Notes under the pieces: model-generated
What the model saw: only the letters and a program-made list of their open reading frames with translations
Told to the model about the DNA's origin: nothing
The model's database searches: none
Made by a program: the position numbers and the translations under genes
Part shown: piece after piece, positions 30,400-43,104 of the stretch
Layout: each line of letters starts with the position of its first letter
How positions within the stretch are numbered: the stretch's first letter is position 1
Source of the DNA: Octopus vulgaris
Taxonomy: Eukaryota
Assembly (NCBI GenBank): GCA_951406725.2
Contig: OX597830.1
Span: 32,798,001-32,862,000 of the forward strand
Reading direction: 5' to 3'
Length of the DNA stretch: 64,000 bases

Positions 30400-30660
30400 T
30401 CTCCTGACATCATATGATGGCTGTAAGTGAGCATCACCGTCATACAAGTGAGGCTGTTCCTTTGCAGTCTGGCCATGGGGAAAATATTTACCATACTTGG
30501 AAACCAGTGGGTGTTGGAGACAGGAAGAGCACCCGACTGCAGAAAATATGTCTCAATAAAATTTTGTCTGACCCGTGCAAACACCAAAAAGTGCTCATTA
30601 ATTGATGTTCATAATAATGATGATGATGATGATGATGACGATGACAGCGATGATGCTGAC
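30400..30660 (+). mobile_element. SINE family C-related 3' part, diverged
   Basis: GACAGGAAGAGCACCCGACTGCAGAAAA followed by a GAT tail. Confidence 0.6.
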
Positions 30661-31191
30661 GATGCTCTGGTGTATTTTAGCCAACTTCTTATTCTGTAGA
30701 ATTAATAGATGTTATTATTGTAATTTAATCGGTATGTCTCAATTGCTTTTATTGTTGTATTTAAATTGAAATGCATTAAATGTTGTTCTCGCTGCTATTG
30801 TTTTTCCTCTTTCAACATGGGATATAATCAATTCTTTATTGTACGCAAGGACAATAAAGCAGAAATTGATTTGAGCATATATGTGTGTGTGTATGTATGT
30901 ATGTATATATGTATGCGTATGTGGAACAGTAAGCCATTGTGCATGTGTTGTGCGTCTCGTGTGTGCCTCTGTGTGTGTGTGTGTATGTGTGTGCGTGTGC
31001 GTGATCTGACACAAAGATAAACTGAGATAATTAAATACAATGCACATATGTCTAAAATTTAATGAGTACCGTGGTGATAATAGGCCTAATTATTTTGTTG
31101 ACTAAACCTTTGAAAGAACCGGTTTAAAAGTATCTTGCATTATGTTATATAAAAACAATTACTTGTGTTTGTGTGTATCTCTGTGTGTCTG

Positions 31192-31241
<50 letters not shown>

Positions 31242-31380
31242 CATTTAGATACACATATACACTCACAGTCTGCATACGTGTGTGAAAACCAATTCAACAG
31301 CCTCTCACATTATGTGGTATAAGCAAAAATTGAAAGTATTCTCGCACATTTAAACACACATACACACGCATGTACAAGTA

Positions 31381-31447
<67 letters not shown>

Positions 31448-31566
31448 CATACATACATACATACGTACACACATACATGTATGTGTGTATGTGTGTATGT
31501 GTGTGTGTGAATATTCATATGTGTATGTGTGTGTAAACGTGTATGTTTATGTAAAGAGGGTCTGCA

Positions 31567-31790
31567 TCATGTTGCCCCTATAAAGCAGTGATTCCCACTT
31601 GGGGTCCAGTGAGTGAACAGCCACTCTGAATCGTGGGCCTTGTGCTTGCGGACAGCAATCTCTGTCCTGATAGCAGCGAGTAGGGATATAGTCCGAAAGC
31701 CAAGTATACCAGAGTTCTCAACTGTCACAGGCTCAAACATAAACCTGTCAGCAAGTGACCAATACCTTGACAGTTGTTTTGGTGTCATAT
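31567..31790 (-). pseudogene. CRE-like non-LTR retrotransposon, C-terminal endonuclease remnant
   Basis: RYWSLADRFMFEPVTVENSGILGFRTISLLAAIRTEIAVRKHKAHDSEWLF...SGN matches the KY..L...Y.F.PVAVET.G..G.....L..IG..I.......E..WLFQR.S....RGN pattern of CRE-type RLE elements. Confidence 0.65.
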
Positions 31791-32049
31791 CTGATCACTG
31801 GAATAGCAGTGTCATTGTAAATTGCATCAAAGACAAAAGACATGCGTAGGGAGAGGTAATTGTAGAGGGATAAATCTACTGGAACAGGTGATGAGGGTCA
31901 CAAAGTGGATCGTAGAACAATTAATCAATAACAGAGTAAAACTGGGCGAGACAGATTAATTTCATCTCTGGAATGGTAAACATCAGACCCTTCTCTCTTT
32001 TATTCTCCCTCAAGTAATGAGATCGCTTTAGGCTCTTGACACTTAAGCA

Positions 32050-32424
32050 TTTTAACCTTAAATCCTTAAAAATGTTTCTGCCTGAAAGCTGTAGCCATGC
32101 TGGGGCACCACCGTTACGGATCGTGTCATTTGTGAGAAGAGACTCAATAGATCGCAGCGTGGTAGCTGCTCTACTAAGCACATCACTCTGAATGGCAAGT
32201 CGAGTCGTATGCAAGCGATCCTTTTCGTCTCCATCTTTTCAAACAAGTCGTGCAGGACGTCAACGACGACAATGGCAGGACCACCAAAATGGCAATTCCA
32301 CTGGTGCTGGTGCTGCTCGTCACACGAACACGATGGGCGGACAGTGAACACCAAGCAAAAGCATGCACCTTGAGGTTGATACGCTTTTGGAAAATATCTC
32401 GGGTTTGGCTACAGTTCCGTCTTA
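32050..32424 (-). mobile_element. Unclassified CpG-rich retroposon sharing its 3' end with SINE A
   Basis: The minus strand ends CGGTGGTGCCCCAGCATGGCTACAGCTTTCAGGCAGAAAC plus a short TTTAAGG-type tail. The upstream ~290 bp is unrelated to SINE A. Confidence 0.55.
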
Positions 32425-32429
32425 GAGGC

Positions 32430-32630
32430 ATTTTGGCCAAATTATTCTACACGTTTTATGTTCAAACTGGCCAGATCTGGCCTCTCCCATCGACCCTATA
32501 ATGTCATTCTAAAAATAAACAATCAAATCATCAAAATTTCAAAACAACAAGATAATGCCTGATTAATTCAAAACAGTGTGGATTAATAAGGATTACATTT
32601 GAAAGAATAATCTGAATGCTAAAGGGTTAA
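32430..32630. mobile_element. piggyBac-type MITE fragment
   Basis: It ends GAATGCTAAAGGG|TTAA. A reverse-complement relative lies at 43519-44140. Confidence 0.6.
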
Positions 32631-33399
32631 TCTACAAGTTACGAATCAATCTTCACTAGAGCTGATGCCATGAAAAAGACACCCAGCACACTTTTAAAAA
32701 TGAATTGGCATTAGGAAGGACATCCAAGTATAAAAACCATAAATTACATTGCAGGATGGGTATAAGAAGTTGGATATGGCCTGTGAGAACATAAAACAGG
32801 TAGAATATTTGGTCCTGTTATGACCAGCTTAAATGCTAAATGTTTAAGAGAGAAAAAAAGGGAACATTTGACAACAGTGCTTTCTTAAGGCATGGGAAAA
32901 CTGTACAGTTGGCAAGGGGCCTCATGGATCTAGGGGTCCCAATTTTGATTTATTTATGTTATGACTTGCTAGCAATGAATGAATTCTATAGGGCTCAGTG
33001 CATTGGTTTGCTAGAGGGTCTATAATGTTGTTTATACAGTCCTGTTTCACAGTGTACTTCTCCATGCCCCCAAAAGGGGCTGGGTGGCCAGAATTGGAAT
33101 GACTGATTATAAGACTATTTGATCAGATCAGAGTTGAGCTGGGCTAAAGAATAACAATAACAACAATTCTATTTTAATTGATATTACGGTATGATTTCCT
33201 GTTTCATTAATGTTCTCTCCTACCATCTGCTGTGATTTTTAAATTCAACCAAACATTGTATGTATGATGCTGGCACACGCACACATGCATGCACACACAC
33301 ACACACACACACACACATCCCAACCCCATACATATAAACACACACATAATTATATAAATTATCGTTGAGTGATTGACAAAAGACATTTATCTTCAACAG

Positions 33400-33427
33400 A
33401 AGGTAGATAGACAAATTGATAGATAGA

Positions 33428-33512
<85 letters not shown>

Positions 33513-33513
33513 T

Positions 33514-33604
<91 letters not shown>

Positions 33605-33683
33605 GAGTGGATGGAAAATTAGATGCATATATATAGAGAGAGGGAGAAAGTAATAAATGATTTATATAGATAGATAGACAGAC

Positions 33684-33753
<70 letters not shown>

Positions 33754-33760
33754 ATGGCAG
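33400..33760. repeat. (GATA)n/(GACA)n tract
   Basis: Seen directly. Confidence 0.95.
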
Positions 33761-34104
33761 TATAGATAGTTTGACAAACACACAGAGAGAAAGACAAGAT
33801 AAATAGATAAATACATCGATAGATAGTTTGATATATAAATAGACAGATTGATTGATAAATATACAGATAAGAGAAGAAAACAAATCCCATAATAAATAAA
33901 TAAATACATCTCAAGCATATTTTCCTGTTTAATTAAATAACTGCTTTTGAATTTCTGTATTTGTTTGAAAATTGAATGATTTAAAAAAAAATATATATAT
34001 ATTAATAATAATGATTTTGTAGTAGTTTTATTATTCTTATTTCTATGTTGGTTTCTTTTTCAATTCATTTATTTATTCAATTAATTATAATATTCATACA
34101 TCTA

Positions 34105-34109
34105 CTTCA

Positions 34110-34176
<67 letters not shown>

Positions 34177-34209
34177 CATCATTATTATATCATATTAATA
34201 TTATTATTA

Positions 34210-34250
<41 letters not shown>

Positions 34251-34320
34251 GTTATTATTATTATATCATTATTATTATTATTATTATTATTATCCTATTA
34301 TTATTATCATATTATTATTA

Positions 34321-34370
<50 letters not shown>

Positions 34371-34389
34371 CCTCATTATTATCATCATA

Positions 34390-34445
<56 letters not shown>
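34105..34445. repeat. (ATT)n tract
   Basis: Seen directly. Confidence 0.95.
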
Positions 34446-34896
34446 GTCATTTTTTTTTGCTTAGCTATATTAATTTGTTTAATGTGAGCGTGATTTTGAT
34501 ATTTTCACCACAAAATGGCAGAGCATGTGTTTTTTTTCTTTCCAAGACTAACAGCTCAACCATGAAATTGTAAAATAATTAAAGAGAACAGTAACTGTTT
34601 TATAGCCAAGTAGTTGGTGATTATCTTCTTGTGAGAATTTATTTTCATCACGGTACCAGTACAGACATGACTGTTTGGTGAGTTAAGACACTTGCCTTGT
34701 AACCACATTGTTCCAGGTTCAGTCCCACTGCATGGCACTATGGGCAAGTGTCCCAAGGCTATAATAGAAACTCAATGCCTTTGAAGGGAATTTGCTAGAT
34801 GGAAACTGTGTGGAAGCCTGTCATATATTCTATTAATAGTTTCAGCCACCAATGGCTGTGGTCATGCTGGAGCACTACCATTATATATGATAATAA

Positions 34897-35093
34897 TAAT
34901 CCTTTCTACTAAAGGTGCAAGGCCTGAAATTTGTTTGGAGGGGACTAGTTGATAACATCAACTCCAGTGTTTCACTGGTACTTAATTTATTAACCCCATA
35001 AAGATGAAAGGCAAAGTCGACCTCGGTGGAAATTGAACTCAGAACGTAAAGACAGACGAAATGCATGGCAACGATTCTGTCAGCTCACTGCCT
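34897..35093 (-). mobile_element. SINE family B
   Basis: GATGAAAGGCAAAGTCGACCTCGGTGGAAATTGAACTCAGAACG on plus. It is preceded by diverged SINE A pieces at ~34665-34880. Confidence 0.8.
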
Positions 35094-35519
35094 TAATAAT
35101 CATAGCTGTCTGTCTGTACCCTCTTCATGGTGAGACGTCTGGACCAATGGTCACAATGTTTTTGGGGATTACCAATGAGGTAATCAGGTAGGTTTTTAGC
35201 ATTAAAAAATTTGAAAAAGTATGATTATTTAATGGCTATTGAGGACAATTGTTCAGTTTATGGGTATACCAAAAAGTAAACAAAAATTAAAGGGAGATAA
35301 CTGCAAATAAAATAAACAAAAGCATGTAAATCAACTTACTTTTCCTCTGAATTATGCCAAATAAGAAAGTTTTAGTTTAGGATAGCTTTATTAACGAATG
35401 ATTGTGATGGCTTTGGCTCATCTTTAATTGGTGTATAACTACTTCAAACTTTGTCAATAATGATTGTATGTATAAAACTTTGTAATGCTTTATTAAATTT
35501 TCCTTCGTTCCATGCCGTT

Positions 35520-35810
35520 ATGACCTGGAAACAGAAATCAGGAATTGGTAGGACTACCAGGAAAGCTGTTGCTATAAAACATAACAGAAAATCTAGCAGT
35601 GAATACAGAAAAGCCCAACAGAATAAGGATACGGAAACTCATAGAATTCGCTGTGATACAGAAGTGAGAGCATCGGAACACAACAGGGATATGCTGGTTC
35701 ACCAAATAACATGGAGAAATCTTCAAGTGAGAGCTTCAGAACAGAGCTGGGACACTTTAGCTCACCAAGTAACATGCAGAACAGATAAGGAACACTCTAG
35801 CTTGCCATAA
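35520..35810 (+). pseudogene. Probable Helitron Rep-helicase N-terminal remnant
   Basis: MTWKQKSGIGRTTRKA could be a CpG-decayed MPRKRKSGIGR-like start. It is followed by three ~21-aa repeats (YRKAQQNKDTETHR / VRASEHNRDMLVHQ / VRASEQSWDTLAHQ) resembling the R..EQ.RDT.AHR repeats of invertebrate Helitrons. Confidence 0.5.
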
Positions 35811-36130
35811 ATCAAGACAAGTGCAGTTTTCTCTAAAACTGGTTTTCTCATTAACAGTAAACAAGACACAGGTCCAGACTTTGGATCATGTAGGTGTATT
35901 TTTATCCACTCTGATGTTTACACACAGTCAGTTATACGTCACTATGAGTAGAGAAATGGACTCCAGTCATTTGAAAATTAGTGTCGACCACACGCAAAAT
36001 ATTGTTTACAAAGATGTTTTGTAACCATATTGATATCAAAATCCATTTACACATTTTTCACTAAATACTTCTCTTATGACTTCCCTCCCCCATTTTATGC
36101 TTCCATCATCATGGATGGATAGCTTTGTTA

Positions 36131-36185
<55 letters not shown>

Positions 36186-36274
36186 TAATAATAATAAAGA
36201 CCTACTCATTGATAATGTGGCATCTCATTACAATAATAATAGGATGATAATTAATAATAATAATAATAATAAAG

Positions 36275-36313
<39 letters not shown>

Positions 36314-36373
36314 TGAATGATAATGATAATAATAATAGTAATAGGAAGCAAATTTGAAAGAAGAAAAAAGTAA

Positions 36374-36927
36374 AATGCCCTGATGCAGTACCAGACAGTG
36401 GCTCTCATGGCTTCTGATCTTAACTGATTAGAAGTGTTATTATGTACAGTGTTTTGTCTTGGTATAAAAGATGGGCTACAGCAAATATTCTGCTCAATAT
36501 CACAGAATTGCTTGTCAGTTACTTGACCATAACCAGTTGAGCATGTCCCTTAGTGGCTGACGATATGTGCATCTCTGATCATGGGCAGAAGTAGTGGGGG
36601 AGCATCATAGCCATGTGTTGAGAGGGATTCTTTGGGGTGTTGAATAATTCACCTCTAGAAACATGGGTGTTTCATTCAACATCCTTAAACAACCCTTATT
36701 CAGGGACCTTTTGAGCGGGATGGGCTACTCAACCTGAAGAAATTTCTAACTGGGCCCCACCTGCATGGTCATGTGCTGTTTATCTTGATATGAGATCACC
36801 ATGTCGCGCACATATGGTTGTGATGCATGTGCCTAGTGTACCCTTATCAGATGGGTATACTGGGTATACTGGGCTTCATATATTTTACCCCAGTGTCACT
36901 TTGATGGCATGCACTGCTCTCTCACTC

Positions 36928-36928
<1 letters not shown>
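36374..36928. mobile_element. Unclassified ~555-bp high-complexity block set in (AAT)n, probably a transposable element
   Basis: It has sharp compositional boundaries and an (AAT)n tract directly after 36928. There is no convincing ORF and only one copy in this window. Confidence 0.4.
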
Positions 36929-36984
<56 letters not shown>

Positions 36985-37804
36985 CTTTTCTATTATTGGT
37001 ACAAGGCCTAAAATTTTAAGGGAAGGGGTAAGTGAATTACATTACCCCAGATATTGACCCCAGATGGATGAAAGGCAAAGTTACCCTTTGTGGAATTTGA
37101 ACTCAGATGGACAAAATACTGCTAAGCTATAGTAGAAGACACTTGCCCATTGTGCCATCCAGTAGAACTGAACCCAGAACCATGTGGTTGGGAAGCAAGC
37201 TTCTTAACACACAACCATACTGGCACTTATTTGTCCTTCATAATTTAGACAGAGATGTTTGATAGAGACACACTAGTTTGGTTTATTAGATGGAAGTGAC
37301 TGATGACAATGATTCATGATTGTGTGTGACAATGATTCATGGTCATGTATGAAGCTACATCATTCGACAGAAAGTTTTGATGGCAGTGATTGATGGTACT
37401 CCATATGAGTAGCTCATTAGTGGACAATGTTTGATGACAATTCATGGAGCTATCTTATAATACAGGTTATAGGAACATAACGAAAAGATAGCTTAAACTG
37501 TGCTCTAAATGGAGGTGTAGTCAAATCCTATTTTAGGGACTCAACCATGTTCTAATATAAGTCGAAAGGTAAGCTATTATAAATTGGCACGAACTTTCCG
37601 GACAACCCGATACTTGTGGTTAGACTGTAAAGGTATATGGCCTAGTGGTTAGGGTTATTGGACTTGTGATTTCAAGATTGTGGGTTCAATTCCTGGATTG
37701 GGTGATGTGGTGTATTGCTCTGTGATCACTGCAATACTTGACATATGGTGCATTGTGCATCTGTGCATAATGCTAATTTGATAGCCGGAGTGAGTTAATG
37801 TGCA

Positions 37805-38952
37805 GCACAGGCTGTATGGTAAATAGCTTGCTTACTAACCACATGGTTCTGGGTTCAGTCCCACTGCGTGGCACCTTGGGCAAGTGTCTTCTACTATTGC
37901 CTCAGGCTGACCAAAGGCTTCTGAGTGGCTTTGGTAGACGGGAACTGTAAACCCATCGTATATATATGTATATGTATTTATATGTGTGTTTGTGTGTCTG
38001 TGTTTGTCCCCCCAACATTGCTTGACATCCGATGCTGGTGTGTTTACATCACCGTAACTTAGCGGTTCGGCAAAAAAGACTGATAGAATAAGTACTAGAC
38101 TTACAAAGAGTAAGTCCTCAACTAAAGGCAGTGCTCCAGCAGTCAAATGACTGAAACAAATAAAAGAGTAAAAGTGACTATAAAGAAATATGTGCAAGTC
38201 TGGCTGTGTGGTAGGAAGCTTGCTCCCTAATCACATGGTCCCAGGTTCAGTCCCACAGCATGGGACCTGGGGAAAAGTGTCTTCTACTATAGCCTCGGGC
38301 CAACCAAAGCCCTGTGAATGGATTTCATTGATGGAAACTGAAAGAAGCCTGTCGTGTATATATATGTATATTGTTGTATTTGTGTCTTTGTGTCTGTGTT
38401 TGTCTCCCACCTCCACTTGTCAACCACTTTTGGTGTGTTTACAGTCTCATAACTTAACAGTTTGGCAAAAGAGATTGATAAAATAAGCACCAGGTTTAGC
38501 GAAAGATAAGTACTGGGAGTGGTTCATTTTTTTTTTTACTTGTTTCAGTTATTTGACTGCGTCCATGCTGGAGCACCACCTTTTAGTCAAGCAAATTGAC
38601 CCGAGGACTTAGTCGTTGTAAGCCTAGTACTTATTCTATTGGTCACTTTATAGGGAAATAAACACACCAACCTCGGTTGTCAAGCGATGATGGGGAGACA
38701 AACACAGACACACAAACACACACACACACACACACATATATATGACAGGCTTCTTACAGTTTCCATCTACCAAATCCACCCACAAGGCTTTCGTTAGCCT
38801 GAGGCCTTAGTAGAAGACACTTGCCCAAAGTGACATGCAGTGGGACTGAACCAGTTAGCAAGCTACTTACCACACAGTCACTCCTGCACCTATTCTTCAA
38901 GGCAGTGCCCCAGCTTGACCATAGTACGATGACTGAAACAGTTAAAAGATAA
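37805..38952. mobile_element. Cluster of SINE A copies: 37805-38178 (+), 38190-38520 (+), 38535-38890 (-), 38895-38952 (+, 3' remnant)
   Basis: Each aligns by eye to the family A consensus. The minus copy appears inserted into the 3' part of the second copy. Confidence 0.85.
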
Positions 38953-39884
38953 ATCATCTGAGCAATATGATTCAACAAGAATTTGTTGAACCGTTTTTGT
39001 TTTTTTTCTCCGACCCAAGAACCAACCACACAAACATGAGGTTACCTCAATAAATGACAAAGGTTAATGGTGGCCTTTAATAGCAAAGCATGGAGCTAGT
39101 TCATAAGATGGAAGTGTTTGATAGAAATGCATGTGGTTGGTTCTGTTGTTAAGTCCACTCATTAGACGGAGGTCTTTAAAGACAATCTAGACCATTAATA
39201 TAACTTAACTTTTGATACTTAATTAGTATTTATAACTCCTATTTATTTGTTTTGTTTGCTATTAATCCAGTGTGTTATGTTCAGTGTTCCTAATGAACCT
39301 CTAAGCTTTATTAGAATTAATCTCAAGCTAATTTCACAGTTCTACAACCTTCTTTGCTTTTAGTTTTTTTTTTCTTACTTCTCTTTTCTTTCTTTTAGTC
39401 TTCTTCTTCTTCTTCTTCTTCTTCTTCTTCTTCTTCTTCTTCTTCTTCTTCTTCTCCGCTTCTTCTTCTTCTTCTCCTCCCCCTCCTCCTCCTCCTTCTT
39501 CTTCTTCTTCTCCTCCATGCTTATTCCCCTCCTCCTTCGTCTCCTCCTCCTCCTCCATGCTTATTCCCCTCCTCCTCCTTATGCTCCTCCTCCCTCTTCC
39601 CCCATCTTCTTCTTTGTCATTATCGTTATTACTTTCGTAGTCACTGTTCTTGCAGCTGTGGTCACCATCATAATCATCATTATAATCCTTTCCCACCATA
39701 ACCACCACCATCATCATTATCATCATACACGCTGCCTACACTGCCTACAGGAAATACCTTACAGTCCTTTCTTTCCTGAGTTCAGATTCCACTGATTCCA
39801 GCTTTGCCTTTTTTTTTCCTTCCAGGGTCAATGAAGTAAATGAACCAGTCATATACTGGGAGAAAATCAATCAATTTGCCTCCC

Positions 39885-40070
39885 TCATCATCATCATCAT
39901 CATCATAATCGTCAACATTTAGCATCCATTTTACATGCTGGCATGGGTTGGACACGTCGATAGGTACTGACAAGGGCAGGTTCCATAATCTCTTTTGGCA
40001 TGGTTTCTATGGCTGAATGCCCTTCCTAATGCCAACCACTCCACAAACTGTACTAAATGCTTTGTGCATG
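39885..40070 (-). mobile_element. SINE family C 3' part leading into a minisatellite
   Basis: CATGCTGGCATGGGTTGGAC...ATGCCCTTCCTAATGCCAACCACTCC on plus. Confidence 0.8.
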
Positions 40071-40860
40071 GCACCATCATCAGTGCATTTTACACCAGTG
40101 CCTTTTATGTAGATCCACCACCAGCACATTTTACATGGCACCATCACCAATGCTTTTTATATGGCGTCACCACTAATGTTTTTTTTATTCATGGCACCAG
40201 TGCTTTTTATGTGGCACCAGCACCGGTGCTTTTTTTATGTGGCAATGCTACCAGTGCTTTTTAGATGGCACTAGCACTAGTGAATTTTATGTGACATTAT
40301 CACCAGTGCTATTTTACGTGGCACCATCACCAATGCTTTTTATATGGCACCACCACCAATGCTTTTTACGTGACACCATCACCAATGCTTTTTACATGGC
40401 ATCATCACCAATGCTTTTTACGTGACACCATCACCAGTGCTTTTTACATGGCATCAGCACCAATTCACCACTATCACCAGTGCTTTTACATGGCCCCAGC
40501 ACCAATGCTTTTTCCATGGCACCAACACCAATGCTTTTTATATGGCACCATCACCAATGCTTTTTACGTGACACCATCACCAATGCTTTTTACATGGCAT
40601 CAGCACCAATTCTTTTTACGTGGCACTATCACCAGTGCTTTTTACATGGCCCCAGCACCAATGCTTTTTCCATGGCACCAACACCAATGCTTTTTACATG
40701 GCACTATCACTAATGCTTTTTACATGGCACCATCACCAATGCTTTTTATATGGCACCAACGCTAGTGAATTCTATTTACCACCATTACCAGTGTTTTTTA
40801 TGCAGCACCGTTACTAGCATTTTTTTATGACACCAGCACCCACACCAATAATTTTATGTA
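40065..40860. repeat. 26-bp minisatellite (~30 units) with a 156-bp higher-order repeat
   Basis: The unit is TGGCACCATCACCAATGCTTTTTACA. The variant GGCCCCAGCACCAATGCTTTTTCCATGGCACCAACACC recurs at 40492 and 40648. Confidence 0.92.
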
Positions 40861-41254
40861 ACACCTTGGTTTTAGGATCCCAATAATTTAAAAGCAATTG
40901 GGATGCAGATGTTAATGATGATGGTAATAATATTAGTGATGGAAATGACAGTAATGACGTTGCTGGTGAGGATAATTATAATTGTAATGTTGATAACGAT
41001 GGTAATGTTTATGATGACAATAATTATAATTAAAACATACAAAAAAAAAACAAAAAGTCAAAAGAACATACACGGTGAGTGTATTAGGTTGTTGCTCAGT
41101 TTAAGATGGGAAAACGTGGAGGTGTATCATGCTTTGAGGATGGCCCTTAATCAGAAAGAGGAGAGAGTAAAGGTCTGGAGCGAACGTAAAATAGTTCAAG
41201 AAAAGCCTGCATGTTGTTACAAGGCTGAAGTGACTGGAAGTGTCATCATCATGT

Positions 41255-41750
41255 TCAACATCATCGTTTAATATCCTCCTTCCATGCTGGCCAGGTAGAA
41301 GCCTGTGCCATACTTCTGAGTCTGTTTTGTCATGGCTTTTACAGCTGGATGCACTTCCTAACACCAACCACTCTGTAGAGTGGCCTGAGTGCACTTTACA
41401 TGGAACTCACACAGGCGAGGTCAGTTTTGGCATGGTTTTTACAGCTGGATGCCCCTCCAAATGCCAACCACTTTACAAAGTGTACTAGGTACTTTTTAAG
41501 TGACACCTACATTGATTATGTCACCAAGTAACTTTGCAAGAAAAGGAATCTTTGAGAGGGGAGGGGGTCACTTCAAGAGGTGATCTTGTGCCAGATGATG
41601 AAAGGTTAGTGTGTGACAGAGAGACACACTGTGTGTATACAAATATATATATGTATATATGATGGCTGTCCAATTGTGACTGAGGAAGACCATTGCTGAT
41701 CTTTAGGAACATTGTGGACAAACTTATGTCTTGCAATTATGGTTCCACTC

Positions 41751-41786
<36 letters not shown>

Positions 41787-41960
41787 GCACCCACTACAGT
41801 CTTGGAGTGGTTGGCATTAGGAAGGACTTCCAACTCTAGAAACCTTACCAGATCAGATTGGAGCCTGGTGCAGCTTCCTGGTTTGCCAGGCCTCAGTCAA
41901 ACCATCCAACCCATGCCAGCATGGAAAGTGGACGTTAAATGATGATGAGGATGATGATGA
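41255..41960. mobile_element. Two SINE C-related copies: ~41255-41640 (-) and ~41780-41960 (+)
   Basis: Both share the GGCATTAGGAAGG...CCATGCCAGCATGGAAAGTGGACGTTAAATGATGATG end, or its reverse complement. Confidence 0.75.
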
Positions 41961-41993
41961 TACATATATATGTACATATATGTACATAGTTAT

Positions 41994-42038
<45 letters not shown>

Positions 42039-42447
42039 CAAAATGGGACAAGAGTGCAAAACATCCAAATAGACAATACAAAGAAAACAAGGACGGGTCA
42101 TTTGGAGTTTTCTTTCCTCAGTCAAGTACCAGATTATCTTTGCAATTTCAGCTGATTATACTTTAGATTACTCCAATCTGGCCAGCCCCTAGGAAACTAA
42201 ACTAAGAGCATTAGATTCCTTGGTATAAAGCAGCAAATGTATACAAAAACAAGGACAGAAAAAATGGACAATGTTACGCAAATACAATAAAAGTAATAAC
42301 AGGACATAACAACAGGTGTCTTTCGACTAAGGATGAATTAAGTTAAGCTGGCGTTTGTGGAAATGAAGCCTTACGGCAATACACACACACACACTCAAAC
42401 ACACATACACACACGCACACACACATGCACACACACACGCACGCACG

Positions 42448-42479
<32 letters not shown>

Positions 42480-43104
42480 CATGCATAACATTTAGAAATA
42501 CAATTTACTCTGCAACGATATTTAGTTATCTCTTAGTGTAGTAATACTTAGAACTCAAACACACACACACGGATATACATATATACATGCACATACACAT
42601 ACGCACTCACACTCACACACATATGTATATATACACACACACACATATATATTTAGTTGTATATGTGTGTTTGTACATGTAGAAAAAGAAACCATGTTGA
42701 GGAAGTGAGAGAGAAAAACAAACAGACAGCAAAATAGTAGGAAAGAAAGAGAAAAGCAGATATACAGGACATTTTTTGTTATGTTTTTTGGGGGTTTTTT
42801 CAGGTTACTTATTGAAAGAGGAAGTTTTAGAGCTAAATTGCAATAATAAATTTTTGAAAGTGTATCTTTTAGGAAAACTCATTTTAATCATAATAATATT
42901 TGAATTTCCTCTGAGATTTATATTGTTTCTTCAAGGGGACCTAGTTATTAATGTTCTGGAGTGAATAACTACTAATGTATACATATAAGAATAAGAAAAT
43001 GGATGAAGGAAGGAAAAACAATAATCAAAGAAAGGAGGAAGGAAGGAACCAAAAAAAAAAAAAGCAAAGAAGTAGGGATGTAAAGAATAGATGTTTATAA
43101 ATAC

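Noticed and set aside
40065-40860. Repetitive ORFs (WHHHQCF / APAPMLF) suggesting a repeat protein or CRISPR array
   Set aside because: The 26-bp unit is not a multiple of 3, has no spacers and derives from SINE C.
42035-42380. High-complexity block between microsatellites, examined as another hammerhead-bearing pLTR
   Set aside because: A stem followed by GAAA can be drawn on the minus strand, but no CUGANGA core precedes it. It is left unclassified.
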